A stretch of DNA of 64,000 nucleotides from Nitrosopumilus sp. (GCA_965206745.1 OZ242220.1:1536001-1600000), one strand, 5' to 3'; shown: positions 9,838 through 20,345, numbered from the stretch's first letter. The notes: generated from the sequence alone by a model not told the origin. Program-made: numbers and translations.

Positions 9838-11349
9838 TCATTTGGCAGATAACTCCCCGTATGACCTGTGCAGCTGCTCCATTATACCGCGGTGGGTAGT
9901 CCCCTCAATATTCCGCATACACTGCACCTTTCTCTGCATGTCACCTTTGATGTCGGTGATTCCGTTTAGCGATGCGGCATGGTGTAACCTCTGACTCTTT
10001 TTTATCATCCCGTCTATTGCAGTACCTACAAACTTTCTGCCGGCAGGATCATAGGATATCAGCTCGACTTGTTGCAGCAGTCCTGACTCGTCAAGGTACG
10101 TCTCAGTCAGCGAGAGCATCCTCCTCTGAAATATTCCGTCTGCAAGCACGCGGCCCACATGCAGCAGAAACCACAGGTCGTCCTTCTGCGCTGCCATTAT
10201 CCTGATTGGTTCAGCCTCAAGCCGGGTCAGTGCCTTTGCAGGTGATGATGCATGAAACGTCGAGAGGGAGGCATGTCCTGTCTCATACACCTGGAATAGA
10301 ATCGGGACATCACAGAGCCTCACCTCGCCGACTGCCACAAACTGCGGCCGCTGCCGCAGCGAGTATGCAAGCAGATCGCCTATCCCAATGGAATAATCCT
10401 TGTTAAAGGAGTCAGTCGAGGCGCGGGTCTTTAGACGCAGCGCGTGCCTCTGCGGTACACGCACCTCTTCTGTATCCTCGATGAGTATCACCTTCCACCT
10501 CGGATTTACCAGGCAGAGCAGCGCATTGAGTATGGTAGTCTTTCCAGAGCCGGTATTTCCCACTATCATGCCAGTACCATTGCCTGCAAGAATACTCCAG
10601 ATGTATGCGGCAGCCTCTGCTGGAATGACAGAGTCATTAATCAGATCAAGCAGGGTTACTGGCTTTTGTGGGAACCTGCGTATCGTAAATGCCGGCCCGT
10701 CGGGGGTTATGCTGCTTGCGGCAAATGCTGACAGCCTGTCACGTCTTGCAGTGGAGCCCTCGACATACGGCGATACGGAGGTGGCATAGTTTCCCGTCAG
10801 CTGCATCAGTGTCTTGCAAAAGGTCTCCATGGAGTTTCTTGCATCACCGGATGCAAAGGAGATGTTTGTATCCATCACAAAGAATTCCGGATATTTTCTG
10901 TGGATAACCCCTACTGGGACACCGGGGTTCTCGCATGTTATATCCTCAATGTAGTCATCATTTATCAGCACGTCAATTATGCGAAACCCGACAGTGTCCC
11001 TCCTCAGATAGTACATCATTGCAGAATAGTTCTCCCCGAGCACTCTTGATAGTTCGAGGATCTCAGCTGACTCTTCAAAGGAGGAGATGACCTGCGACTC
11101 TGTCGCATCCTGATAGTTTATCGCACTTGCGTTCTTTGACATGTGCTGTAAAATGATCCCGTACGAGTCTGCCGCATCTGCATCCATGTACGGCTCGTTT
11201 ATCATGTATCTGCCGTCGACAGTTATGGCAACCCTCACACCGGAGACATCATATGACTCTAATGTGTGGTACTGCTTCACCTCTGAGACCAGCCTCCATA
11301 TGCGCGAGGGCTGCGACTGCACGTCAGGCCTTTTTCCAAACATTCTCAA
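9838..11349 (-). CDS. Type II/IV secretion system ATPase (VirB11/TadA/FlaI family)
   Basis: Walker A GNTGSGKT, Asp box IEDTEE, LRQRP, Walker B VAVGEVR, His box TGHASLSTFHA, plus the DDYIEDITC and FTIRRF motifs. Confidence 0.95.
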   Translation of the reverse strand: MRMFGKRPDVQSQPSRIWRLVSEVKQYHTLESYDVSGVRVAITVDGRYMINEPYMDADAADSYGIILQHMSKNASAINYQDATESQVISSFEESAEILELSRVLGENYSAMMYYLRRDTVGFRIIDVLINDDYIEDITCENPGVPVGVIHRKYPEFFVMDTNISFASGDARNSMETFCKTLMQLTGNYATSVSPYVEGSTARRDRLSAFAASSITPDGPAFTIRRFPQKPVTLLDLINDSVIPAEAAAYIWSILAGNGTGMIVGNTGSGKTTILNALLCLVNPRWKVILIEDTEEVRVPQRHALRLKTRASTDSFNKDYSIGIGDLLAYSLRQRPQFVAVGEVRLCDVPILFQVYETGHASLSTFHASSPAKALTRLEAEPIRIMAAQKDDLWFLLHVGRVLADGIFQRRMLSLTETYLDESGLLQQVELISYDPAGRKFVGTAIDGMIKKSQRLHHAASLNGITDIKGDMQRKVQCMRNIEGTTHRGIMEQLHRSYGELSAK

Positions 11350-11418
11350 ACATCACGGATATTTTTTGCCTTAAAGTACAGTATGTAGCAAATTAAAACC
11401 CAGTCAGAGTCTGCAGTC

Positions 11419-14400
11419 CTATCTGCGTGCAAACGTGACATACAGAAACACTACAGTAAACACCACAAGTACCATAATAACTGCAGGTCCCACTGCATCC
11501 ACGTATGCCATCACCACCTCATACTGCTCCCCCGTGCCGTTCCATTTTTGCTCCCGTATCTCAAGTGAGGCAGTGCCGCCCCAAATGTTCCTTGCATGTA
11601 TGGTACTGTTACCTTCCACCTGCAAAAAGCACTGCCTGGTGCATGCATCCCCGTATTTTATGCCGTCAACTGATATCTCCTCCATCGAGCCAAACCCCTC
11701 AGGCGACCTGACGTAGACTGTAGAGAGATATCTGATGTATTCAAGTGAGTTTCCGTCATCTGTATTGATCGTATAGTTGATCGGCGATGAAAACCCGTAA
11801 GGATAGTAGGGGATTGTGTTGCTTGCATTATCAGCAGTTATGTGCAGCTTGTATGATACGGGACTCGAATATGCAAACTCCTCACCGAGGCTTGCAACGG
11901 TATCATGACTTACTCCAAGCAGCCCCCACAGGTCAGAGTCAACATGTACTGCAGGAAGATTTATCGGAAACACGACAGAGCCTATCCCACTTGCGGCATT
12001 TGAGACATCATGCATGTCTCCGAGGTACATGTGTGCAAACTGCACCGGCAGCTGCCTGCCATGTACGTATGATGTAAAATATTCAGACAGATGTACGGTC
12101 CTGTTTGTATGTGCAATATCTGCCTCTAGTATGACACTTATCTTTACTGACTCGTCTGTAGTACCGTTAGAATTGATCGCAGTCACATTAAGCACCGAGG
12201 AGAGATGCGAGCCGGGATACCGGTAAGGATAAGAGTACAGGTATTTCACATCGTACCCTCCAAACTGCAGGGAGCCAATTGTATTATACGTGGTAATGTT
12301 TGCAATGCCAAACCTCTGAATCTCTGATATATCATCAAAGGAGAATGCCATGCGCCCAAACCCCTCCCTCTGAAATACTGCCGTGTCATTTATTGATAAA
12401 AGCGACTCGGCATATCCCGTATACTCTGCAATGCCGGATGTCTCTAGTACTGACGGATATGCAGAGTTTGCAATCTCTGCAATGTCACTGCCGCCCCTCA
12501 TCAGCAGGGTGGAGTTTAGCATGTACTGTGTGTGAAGCGTGCTTGCCACTGTAACATGGTGCGAGTCGTTTATCTTGGCCCGCCTGTCAGGATGTACCAT
12601 GCCGTCATCACCTGGTCCCGTACCGTTGCCCCCCAGGTAGTGCAGCGCCACGCCGTGCTGCTTTTCAAATGTTATCTCCCCCGGACTCTTCAATATTACA
12701 TACGGAAGATGCTCCCCTGAGAATACGGGGGCATAGTCTGCAATAAAGAGACTGGTCTGCTGCGATGTCACACCTATGCTTCTGCCTATGTTGTATGTAG
12801 TGGTGAGATATGGGAACAGGTGCAGGCCCCGCTCACCTAGCGACTCTGCCCTGAATGCCTCAAGCCTGTCCCCGTTGGTTGCAGCAACTGCAGTGTCTGT
12901 TACATATCTACCACTCACAGTTATGGTGCATACTCCATCAGTGCAGGATTTTGCAAACACCTCAGGTATCGGCGTTGCAGTCCTCTGCACCTCAAAGGAT
13001 ATGGTGCCGTTTCTCACTTCACGGAACGGCAGCTCAGGCTTGACGTGTATTGCGGGAACATCCCAGGTGTAGTAGGTAGAGTCCAGATTCTTCGAGTCAT
13101 ACCCGTCAAGATCCCTTATCGGGGGATTCTCAAAGGTTACAACAGGTACCGGCGTGCGCACAACAACTGCCATGCTGCCTGTCCTCTGTCTCTTTACGGT
13201 ACTGCACGAACGGTCCTCACCGTGGCTGCACACCAGCGCATGGCCGGTAACTATAACAGATACAAAGTGATCTGTCTGTCTGCAAAAGTCCCCGACATCC
13301 TTGTAATACTCCAACCCCAGGGTGTCAAGGCCCTGGTTATAGTATATCATTCTCACCCTGTCAGGATCAAGGTCATATGCCTCTCCCAGTTTATCCAGCA
13401 TCACCCCATTGTATGATATTCCGTGCCGGTCTACTCTTGCCTTGAGGCAGACCATATCTTGAAAGTCCACATCAACCTCCACATGTCCGAATATGCATCC
13501 AGAGTTTGGCTTCTGACTGCCGCACTTGCTGTCAAGGATTCCAGGCATGCCGCACGTTGCAGGTTTATCCAAACCGTCACAGCGCCTGTCAAATGTACCA
13601 TCAAAGGATGCCCGGGATGACTCATCCTCTAACGGATGCCTGTCTGCATCATGTGAGTGGGCAGTGCCGGCAAGGGTGATTCCCCACGCATATGCTGGCC
13701 TGTTTGTGACGTTGTCGCGCAGCGAGGAGCATGTCATACTGGACCTCTGCCCCGTGCACACAAAGACTGTCCTCTTCTGCGAGGGTGTCATCTCCGAGTC
13801 TTCCCTGATTGAGAGAAACGGCTCTTCACTTACCGACTTGTCTTGGCAGATTCTCCCGCTGCTGACTTTTTGGCATTTCTCATACTGTACTTTGTGATAG
13901 TTGTCAGTTTTCAGATACTTTGCTGCAAGCTTGGCAGAGCCGTGGTTCTGGTATATCTCCGAGTCTGCACTGTTACCTGCAATGATATCATGGGATACCA
14001 CCCCAAGTGATCCCCCGGATTTCAATCCCTTCGGACCGACATCAAGGCACGTCTCACTAGCCGAAAAATAAAAAATATAATGAAACCCGTCACCAGGATA
14101 TACCGTACTGTCAGGGTTGCTCCTCTTCTGCGAGTCGTATGTGACGGGGAACAAGAGCGGCCGCACGCTTATGCTGCACGGCCTGTCATGGTCTGCATAG
14201 ACACTATCAGATGCAAAGGATATGCATGATATGAACACTGCAAGCAGCAGGATATGCATCGTCCTGCTCCCTGCCTTACTTTGTGTATTCTTCTGCGAGT
14301 CCCTGCCATCATGGTTCTTGCTGCCACTCCCCAGTCGAACAATTACGGCAAGCCTCAGGACGGCATTCCAAATAAAATCCACACCCTGCAGCACCCTGAG

Positions 14401-17178
14401 ACGGTACGGCTGGTCTGTGCGAAAAGAGACTGCAGTTAACAGTACTGCCATCACGCCAAACACGGCTGCAGCTCCGGCATAGTCAGTCCTGTATATGGGA
14501 GTCAGGGTGAGATCTTTTGTTGCCACAAACCTTACAGTATCAGAGGTAGCATCAATTCCCTGCCAGGACTCCACCACCTCCCGAACAAGGAATGCAAGGA
14601 CGTACCTCTCAGGGGCAGAGACTGTCACGGTATCACCTGCACTGTACAGGCCGCCACCACTACCACCAATCACGTCAACTAGTATGACCCTCTCATAGTG
14701 TGCAAGTACAGAGTACCCGTGGTCGGGTGCAAAGGTGACGGCATCCGTCTCATATACCACCGCATCTGTGCCGTCATCAACTGATATCCCGACAAGCCTA
14801 TACCCAGAATCCCCGTGCCTTGCAGACTGGGGATACTGTACTGTCACACTCGACCTTGGAACCTCAACTGTATAGTCAGTCATCTCAGAGTGATTGATAG
14901 CCCCCAACAGTGTGACATCAACTCCCAGTGCCATCCCATTCTGGTCCTGCGCAGCTACTGCCACATTCACAGAGTCATCGACTGTAACGTATACTGACTC
15001 TGTGTGACTCTTCATTCCAGGCCGTGATACTATTACTGTCACCTCAAATTTGCCTGCCATTGCAGGACTTAGCACTATGGTATTACCATCAACCTCACTT
15101 GGAATCGCAGTGTCTGCAGATATCTGCGAGCCCTCAGGTGCTGCTACGCTTACAATGTATCTCTTCCCTACAGACATTTCACCATCAAAGGAATACTCTA
15201 TGGTAACTGCAAGATCTGTACTGTACGGGGATATCAGCACCTGCTGCGAGCCGGTCTCTGAAAAGACAGACAGCGTTCCCTGGCGCGTACAGTGGAATAT
15301 CGCCCCACCCTCGCTCCGGCATCCACCAGATGCCTCAATCATACCAGTAAGGTCAGATATTACCTGCATGTGATCAATGAGATGCGCAGATGCGGCAAAC
15401 GGCTCGTGTGAGTGAACCAGTCTCGGAACCTCAATTATTACATCACCTATTATACCTGCAGTATCTGCCCCCACCCGGTGTGCAGTCCTTCCAAGTGAGT
15501 CGGCATGTGTAACTATCTCCTGCGGTCCCCCGTCAACGTATGCGCCGCCAATTATCCCAACTGGGTCGTTTAAATCCACAAAGCTGCTGCTAAGGGATAC
15601 AGAGTCTGATGCAAGGTGGATTGTAACCCCTCTGCCAAATGCCTCCTTTGGATCAACTACCATCCCGCCTGAATCTGCAATGTATACCATTGCTAAATCC
15701 TGTATGTGGCCGGGGATGGATGGAAGTGCTACTGTCCTTATACCGTACATCTGCGAGTCCCCAGTTATGAGAAATTCCTCTGATGAGGATGAGCGGACCT
15801 GCGGGGATGAGACATCGATGTTATACCTGCCGGGAGTCCCTGCAACCTCGTAGAGATTGGCATGAGTCGGGATCTCAAAAGTATCAAGGATTGCCGAATC
15901 CTCATGGTCTGCCCCGTCTGATGTTATGTAGACTGCCCTCCTGTCTGCAAGAATCGGATATACTGCAGCAGTCTCCTTGAAAATTGCAATGCCGTCTTCT
16001 CCTATATCCACTGACTCTCTGCCGACTGTATGGTATAGTCCTGCAACTATGTATCCGCCATATACTGTCCTTGGAGGAATGACATCAAAGAGGATCTCGT
16101 TTGCCTCGACAAAGCCATCACGCTCCAGGGGACTCGGGGCATCAACTATGCGGACTAAATCAGTCATATTTCCAACTGATGCAGTCGCATTGGCAATCTC
16201 CGATATCCCGATGGCAGCAGGCCCCACCACAAACTCTGATGTGACACTGCCGTATCCCGGTACTGATGCCGTAACTGATGCAGGTCCGGGAGTACCTGTA
16301 AATATCCTGCCATATGTGACCCCATCTGAGAATGTGTTTGTTGTCTGCGATGTCGCATCGGCAGTTATTTTGACATGCATCCTTGCAACATCACTCTCTG
16401 AGGAGTGTATGGCAGCAGTGGTTATTTGACCCGGGATGCGTGGGTTTCCATCCTCATCCTCAAACCATAAAATGTAGTATCCAAAAGAGTTCTCATGCAT
16501 TATCTCCGGATAGACATCCATTGCAAGGTGTAATCTCTGTGATTCCACTGTAACATTTGCAGTGTCATACATTGCACCGCTTGATGCAGATATGGAGCCA
16601 GACGATCCTGCACGCACCTCAAAGGTCGCACCCGTGCTTGCCTCAGATATTACAACTGACTCTGGAACGGTGATGCCTGGACTGCCGCGGAGCGATACTG
16701 TAACATTCTTCTCTGCCACCACGGGACTGCCTGCAGAGTCCACCAGGTATACGGCACCGAGAATCCGCTCTGTCCCCGTATACTCGGGGACCAGAAGTAA
16801 TAGCGAGTCAGTATCCATACCATCAGATATCGTGACACTCCTCTCAAGTGTGATGCCCTCAACCCTTACAGATACATTGAATACTCCCGCATGGGTCGGG
16901 GTGATCCCAAAGATGGCATGATCCGCATATGGTGGAATGCTTGTGCTGTTTTGTACCAGGAGCGCATCACTGTTTGTTATGATTGTGCCGACGAGTGTTC
17001 CATTGCCGTGGTTCTGATATGTGACCATTGCCAGATATTCTGATCCGACAATCATGTATTCCGGTACATAGAGATCCACCACCGGCATGCCAGTCTGTAT
17101 ATCGTCCTGCATCTCTGCATCACTTGGGTATATGATGAGTGATATGAAAATTAGAAAAACTGCCAGTGCAATTTTCAT
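11419..17178 (-). CDS. 1919-aa membrane-anchored surface protein (Ig-like N-half, Cys-rich C-half, internal TM plus signal-like segment)
   Basis: N-terminal signal peptide and a C-terminal TM ending FARR. Internal hydrophobic segments lie at about aa 900-920 and 974-995. Confidence 0.8.
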   Translation of the reverse strand: MKIALAVFLIFISLIIYPSDAEMQDDIQTGMPVVDLYVPEYMIVGSEYLAMVTYQNHGNGTLVGTIITNSDALLVQNSTSIPPYADHAIFGITPTHAGVFNVSVRVEGITLERSVTISDGMDTDSLLLLVPEYTGTERILGAVYLVDSAGSPVVAEKNVTVSLRGSPGITVPESVVISEASTGATFEVRAGSSGSISASSGAMYDTANVTVESQRLHLAMDVYPEIMHENSFGYYILWFEDEDGNPRIPGQITTAAIHSSESDVARMHVKITADATSQTTNTFSDGVTYGRIFTGTPGPASVTASVPGYGSVTSEFVVGPAAIGISEIANATASVGNMTDLVRIVDAPSPLERDGFVEANEILFDVIPPRTVYGGYIVAGLYHTVGRESVDIGEDGIAIFKETAAVYPILADRRAVYITSDGADHEDSAILDTFEIPTHANLYEVAGTPGRYNIDVSSPQVRSSSSEEFLITGDSQMYGIRTVALPSIPGHIQDLAMVYIADSGGMVVDPKEAFGRGVTIHLASDSVSLSSSFVDLNDPVGIIGGAYVDGGPQEIVTHADSLGRTAHRVGADTAGIIGDVIIEVPRLVHSHEPFAASAHLIDHMQVISDLTGMIEASGGCRSEGGAIFHCTRQGTLSVFSETGSQQVLISPYSTDLAVTIEYSFDGEMSVGKRYIVSVAAPEGSQISADTAIPSEVDGNTIVLSPAMAGKFEVTVIVSRPGMKSHTESVYVTVDDSVNVAVAAQDQNGMALGVDVTLLGAINHSEMTDYTVEVPRSSVTVQYPQSARHGDSGYRLVGISVDDGTDAVVYETDAVTFAPDHGYSVLAHYERVILVDVIGGSGGGLYSAGDTVTVSAPERYVLAFLVREVVESWQGIDATSDTVRFVATKDLTLTPIYRTDYAGAAAVFGVMAVLLTAVSFRTDQPYRLRVLQGVDFIWNAVLRLAVIVRLGSGSKNHDGRDSQKNTQSKAGSRTMHILLLAVFISCISFASDSVYADHDRPCSISVRPLLFPVTYDSQKRSNPDSTVYPGDGFHYIFYFSASETCLDVGPKGLKSGGSLGVVSHDIIAGNSADSEIYQNHGSAKLAAKYLKTDNYHKVQYEKCQKVSSGRICQDKSVSEEPFLSIREDSEMTPSQKRTVFVCTGQRSSMTCSSLRDNVTNRPAYAWGITLAGTAHSHDADRHPLEDESSRASFDGTFDRRCDGLDKPATCGMPGILDSKCGSQKPNSGCIFGHVEVDVDFQDMVCLKARVDRHGISYNGVMLDKLGEAYDLDPDRVRMIYYNQGLDTLGLEYYKDVGDFCRQTDHFVSVIVTGHALVCSHGEDRSCSTVKRQRTGSMAVVVRTPVPVVTFENPPIRDLDGYDSKNLDSTYYTWDVPAIHVKPELPFREVRNGTISFEVQRTATPIPEVFAKSCTDGVCTITVSGRYVTDTAVAATNGDRLEAFRAESLGERGLHLFPYLTTTYNIGRSIGVTSQQTSLFIADYAPVFSGEHLPYVILKSPGEITFEKQHGVALHYLGGNGTGPGDDGMVHPDRRAKINDSHHVTVASTLHTQYMLNSTLLMRGGSDIAEIANSAYPSVLETSGIAEYTGYAESLLSINDTAVFQREGFGRMAFSFDDISEIQRFGIANITTYNTIGSLQFGGYDVKYLYSYPYRYPGSHLSSVLNVTAINSNGTTDESVKISVILEADIAHTNRTVHLSEYFTSYVHGRQLPVQFAHMYLGDMHDVSNAASGIGSVVFPINLPAVHVDSDLWGLLGVSHDTVASLGEEFAYSSPVSYKLHITADNASNTIPYYPYGFSSPINYTINTDDGNSLEYIRYLSTVYVRSPEGFGSMEEISVDGIKYGDACTRQCFLQVEGNSTIHARNIWGGTASLEIREQKWNGTGEQYEVVMAYVDAVGPAVIMVLVVFTVVFLYVTFARR

Positions 17179-17245
17179 GTAGAGTCATGGGGAAATTGCC
17201 TTTAAGTTGGCACCGTGCTTTTATTGAAATGTATCCGGTACCATC

Positions 17246-17563
17246 ATGAAGCTTGTGCCAGTGGGCCTGAACTCAGACGGGATCAAAATCTGCAAGACAT
17301 CGCTTACTGATATCTCAATGTATGAAAAATATGAAAAGGAGTCGCGTGGTCATGCCGCGGCAGTTGCAAGGAGCATATACAGGTGGTACCAAGAGAAGAT
17401 GATATCTGCAAAGCACGAGTATGACGTGATGGTATCCAGCGGAATCTGCAATCCGGCAGTAAGGCATGCCCTCAAGAAGACTGGTCTGCGCTTTAGGGTG
17501 CCTGATGATCCGCTGTACTCAAACGCGCTTGGCCACTATATGAGGGCGCAGAAGAATTGCTAA
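17246..17563 (+). CDS. Short protein resembling the C-terminus of a ParM/StbA actin-like ATPase (probable truncated remnant)
   Basis: DVMVSSG...PDDPLYSNALGHYMRA resembles the C-terminal adenosine/connect-2 region (P-x-x-x-N-A-x-G) of ParM-like proteins. It is only 105 aa and lacks the N-terminal DxG motif. Confidence 0.4.
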   Translation: MKLVPVGLNSDGIKICKTSLTDISMYEKYEKESRGHAAAVARSIYRWYQEKMISAKHEYDVMVSSGICNPAVRHALKKTGLRFRVPDDPLYSNALGHYMRAQKNC

Positions 17564-17865
17564 GTGTCAAGGAGAGGAGGTTTGTCAGATCACCTCTTAC
17601 GTTTTCAGGCAGCTATCGCAGGGCGCTAAAGATGAGGGTCAGAAGAAAGATAGAAAAAACAACATCGGACATGCTGCTGTGTGCAGAGAACATTGAGAGG
17701 TTTGACCAAAAGACAGTGTCAGTCATCTCAGAGATGGCAGACGAGATTCTGCAAAGGGTAGGGGGTCAGGCAGGGCCTGGTGTTACAGGTGACAAAGTGC
17801 AGGAGGCTGCCTCTGATGCAGAACCCAGGCCGGGGTATGCCGATGACGGCGAGCCAGAGTTTTAA
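17557..17865 (+). CDS. Small basic protein, putative DNA-binding
   Basis: Overlaps the upstream stop. Arg/Lys-rich N-terminal helices (LSVKERRF...YRRALKMRVRRKI) and an acidic disordered tail. Confidence 0.6.
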   Translation: MLSVKERRFVRSPLTFSGSYRRALKMRVRRKIEKTTSDMLLCAENIERFDQKTVSVISEMADEILQRVGGQAGPGVTGDKVQEAASDAEPRPGYADDGEPEF

Positions 17866-17898
17866 TTGCTCTAGTTTGCCATATGGGGTCCTTTGTAT

Positions 17899-18396
17899 AT
17901 TGGTAAAATCAAGAGGAATGACTTTTAGTTTTGTTTGGGGACATGCCGTGCAGGCCAAAGAATGCTTGGCATGTGATCGGACTATATACAAGGATGACGC
18001 ATATCAAGTCACAGCTGCCGTCTCTTCTGTATCTATTTGGGTTGGTACGAGCTTGGCTAAAAGGCAGGAATGGCATCATGTGAATTGATTTGCCAATACT
18101 TATGAGTGTGAGAGACAATTATCAGTCATGTGCAAAAAGAAAGCAAGGTCAGCTAGTGACACAGCTCCCAGAGATACAGAAAAAAATACCAGTATCCCCA
18201 GACAGCAGAGGGGAAGTCAGGAGGCCCCATCAATGCTGGGACGGCCAAACATAACTCAGTCAAAAGGTCGTTCAACATCCTAGTCAGCTCAGATCCAAAT
18301 TCTATCTTTATGCATTTGATGTTTTGCTGCTTGAGTTGCATTGGTAAAATCAAAAGAGATGACTTTACAGTTTTTTTGTTTGGGACACCTCATGCA
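17899..18396. repeat. Imperfect direct repeat of about 55 bp (17899-17951 and 18340-18396)
   Basis: Both copies read attggtaaaatcaa..ag..atgacttt..agtttt..gtttggg.ac. A short partial copy (ttgtttgggaca) lies at about 18867. Confidence 0.7.
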
Positions 18397-18628
18397 ACTA
18401 GAGCAGACCAATTACGTTGATTCAGAATACGAGTCAGTTGCAAAAAGACTCTAGCAATGCATCATTATCAGACAATAAAATACAATCATTATACATGACT
18501 TGGCGTGGTCCATCATTGATGGATTCCATGATTCTGTGAGAATAATTTTGCGGTTTGTTTATTACAAATTACAGGGGATTTACGACTGTAAAATTGCATG
18601 GCAGTATACGAGTTTCACCGGGCAGGGA

Positions 18629-18862
18629 TTAGCCTAAAGATTGTTTGGCAAAACTAAACGGTACTGCCTTTAGTTTGTCCTTTAGGAATTCGTCTACCAG
18701 GATGTCGTTTCTGACTTTATCATAGTCCTCCCCGAGTTTGATCATGTCCTCAACTGTAAAGAGTCTGTCTGTCTTGAGATTTAGCGCCAAGCCGCTAGAC
18801 CTGCCCCTCTCACAGGCTGCTGTATCTTTTGGCCTCCAACTAGTAGTCTCTGTATTGTCCAT
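18629..18862 (-). CDS. Small hypothetical protein
   Basis: 77-aa ORF with a TTTAAA box about 23-28 bp upstream and protein-like composition. Confidence 0.55.
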   Translation of the reverse strand: MDNTETTSWRPKDTAACERGRSSGLALNLKTDRLFTVEDMIKLGEDYDKVRNDILVDEFLKDKLKAVPFSFAKQSLG

Positions 18863-19266
18863 GGCATTGTTTGGGACAAGTATGATTTAAAGATCAGCTT
18901 GCCACCCCGGTCACAAATTCCGACCCATACTATCACAGATGGAGTATTGCAGTGGATTTGATACAGTATTTTATCAAGTCACCTATTTGACAAATGCGGC
19001 ACAAATAAGGGCCTGCAGATTTGCTGATAAATTCAGACCCACTACATGGCATCTTGTCTGTGAAATCTTTTGTACTCTTGCAATTCTTGACGTGTGTTCT
19101 GAGGGTATTATTTCAGTATTTTTTTTATAACACAGGATGCATTCGCATACCTGGGAGAAATCATTTGGATTGGCATGTCACACAGATACATTGGCAGGAT
19201 ACGAATAGAAACTACACATTGATGCCAGGATCTTGATTCGGGTGTGACTTTTTTGCCGCCATTACA

Positions 19267-19773
19267 ATGTTAAAATACAGTTTGGGCCAACTATCCAAAG
19301 TCTTGACTGCAAATGCACTCTATAAATCAGATACGAGGAGCCTTACAACAGCTAGCCTGCATCCCAACGAGGACTATTATCAAGAGCTGCTGCAGGCAAC
19401 TGATGTGAACTATCAAAATATAACATACTGGAAGCACGGAAAGTTTGAGAGCGTCTCTGCCCTTGCATTTGTTACAATAGACCTGCAAAGGGCGCAAGCT
19501 GAGACCAAAAAGCTGCTTTGGATGCACAGGGAACTGATAGGATTCAGCAACGGGAGAAGCAAGGACGCAGTCAACATTCAGAGAACAGGGGAGGAAAAGT
19601 GGCGTGTTACAGTGCCGATATTTACACGGGACCAATGGGATGGCTACTTTTGGAGGGCAGACTCTGACACAGTTATTCTACTTGACATGATCAGGCTCTT
19701 CTTTGATGAGTTGGAATGGTTTGGCATGCTTGACTTTGTGATGGACAGGGATGAGCGGTACGCCCAGCAGTGA
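19267..19773 (+). CDS. Hypothetical protein (true start probably downstream)
   Basis: 168-aa ORF with a globular-looking C-terminal 130 aa. A TATAAA box at about 19321, inside the ORF, suggests a later start. Confidence 0.6.
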   Translation: MLKYSLGQLSKVLTANALYKSDTRSLTTASLHPNEDYYQELLQATDVNYQNITYWKHGKFESVSALAFVTIDLQRAQAETKKLLWMHRELIGFSNGRSKDAVNIQRTGEEKWRVTVPIFTRDQWDGYFWRADSDTVILLDMIRLFFDELEWFGMLDFVMDRDERYAQQ

Positions 19774-20172
19774 AGAGTCCTTGGAGGTGCCAGGGGAATC
19801 TGAGATTCGTTGGACTGATATCTGACCAATGTGACTGATTGCAGGTATTTGAAATATCCATTGTTGTTGATTGTTTGGCACCAAAAGGTATCTTTGAGAA
19901 TCTCCGCAGAGGTGCAGGTTTGATTCTGCAAGAATCAGACATGTCAGATGCGTGGATTGTGAAATACAAAAAACTGGCAAAGCATGGCAGAGTTGTATGA
20001 GGATATGGGATTCACCTGAGGAATTAAAAGCGATTACATGAAAAAACAGGCGTGTTTTGTTTTGACTATACATAGATGTCAGATAAATACAGGAATATTC
20101 CAAATGATCACATTATAAAATCAGTAAAAAGATCAGGCAAAGTAGACCCGAATCCTGACTTGGGCGTATCTA

Positions 20173-20345
20173 TCAGCAGGTAGACATGTTGTATGCGCGT
20201 ATCAGGTATAGCGTATCAGCATACACATCTGAGGACTCGTCAAGTGACTCAATGAATCCGCATATCTGTGTCTGGTTGTATTGTGAGATTTGCAGGAACA
20301 GTTCTTGGAGAGATCAGCTATATGTCGGTATCATCGCCGATATTT
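20173..20345 (-). pseudogene. Decayed C-terminal tail of the 20346-25217 gene
   Basis: Out-of-frame sequence still encodes LQELFLQISQYNQTQICGFIESLDESSDVYADTLYLIRAYNMSTC, homologous to the intact tails of the three paralogs. Confidence 0.85.

Noticed and set aside
7904-11349. Archaellum (flaI/flaJ) assignment
   Set aside because: No archaellins, FlaH, FlaF/G or chemotaxis genes are nearby and the two genes are convergent, so no gene symbols were assigned.
20143-20150. tagacccg matching the tRNA-Lys 3' end, as a possible attR
   Set aside because: Only 8 bp, expected by chance, and part of the HYR-gene 3' flank repeat.
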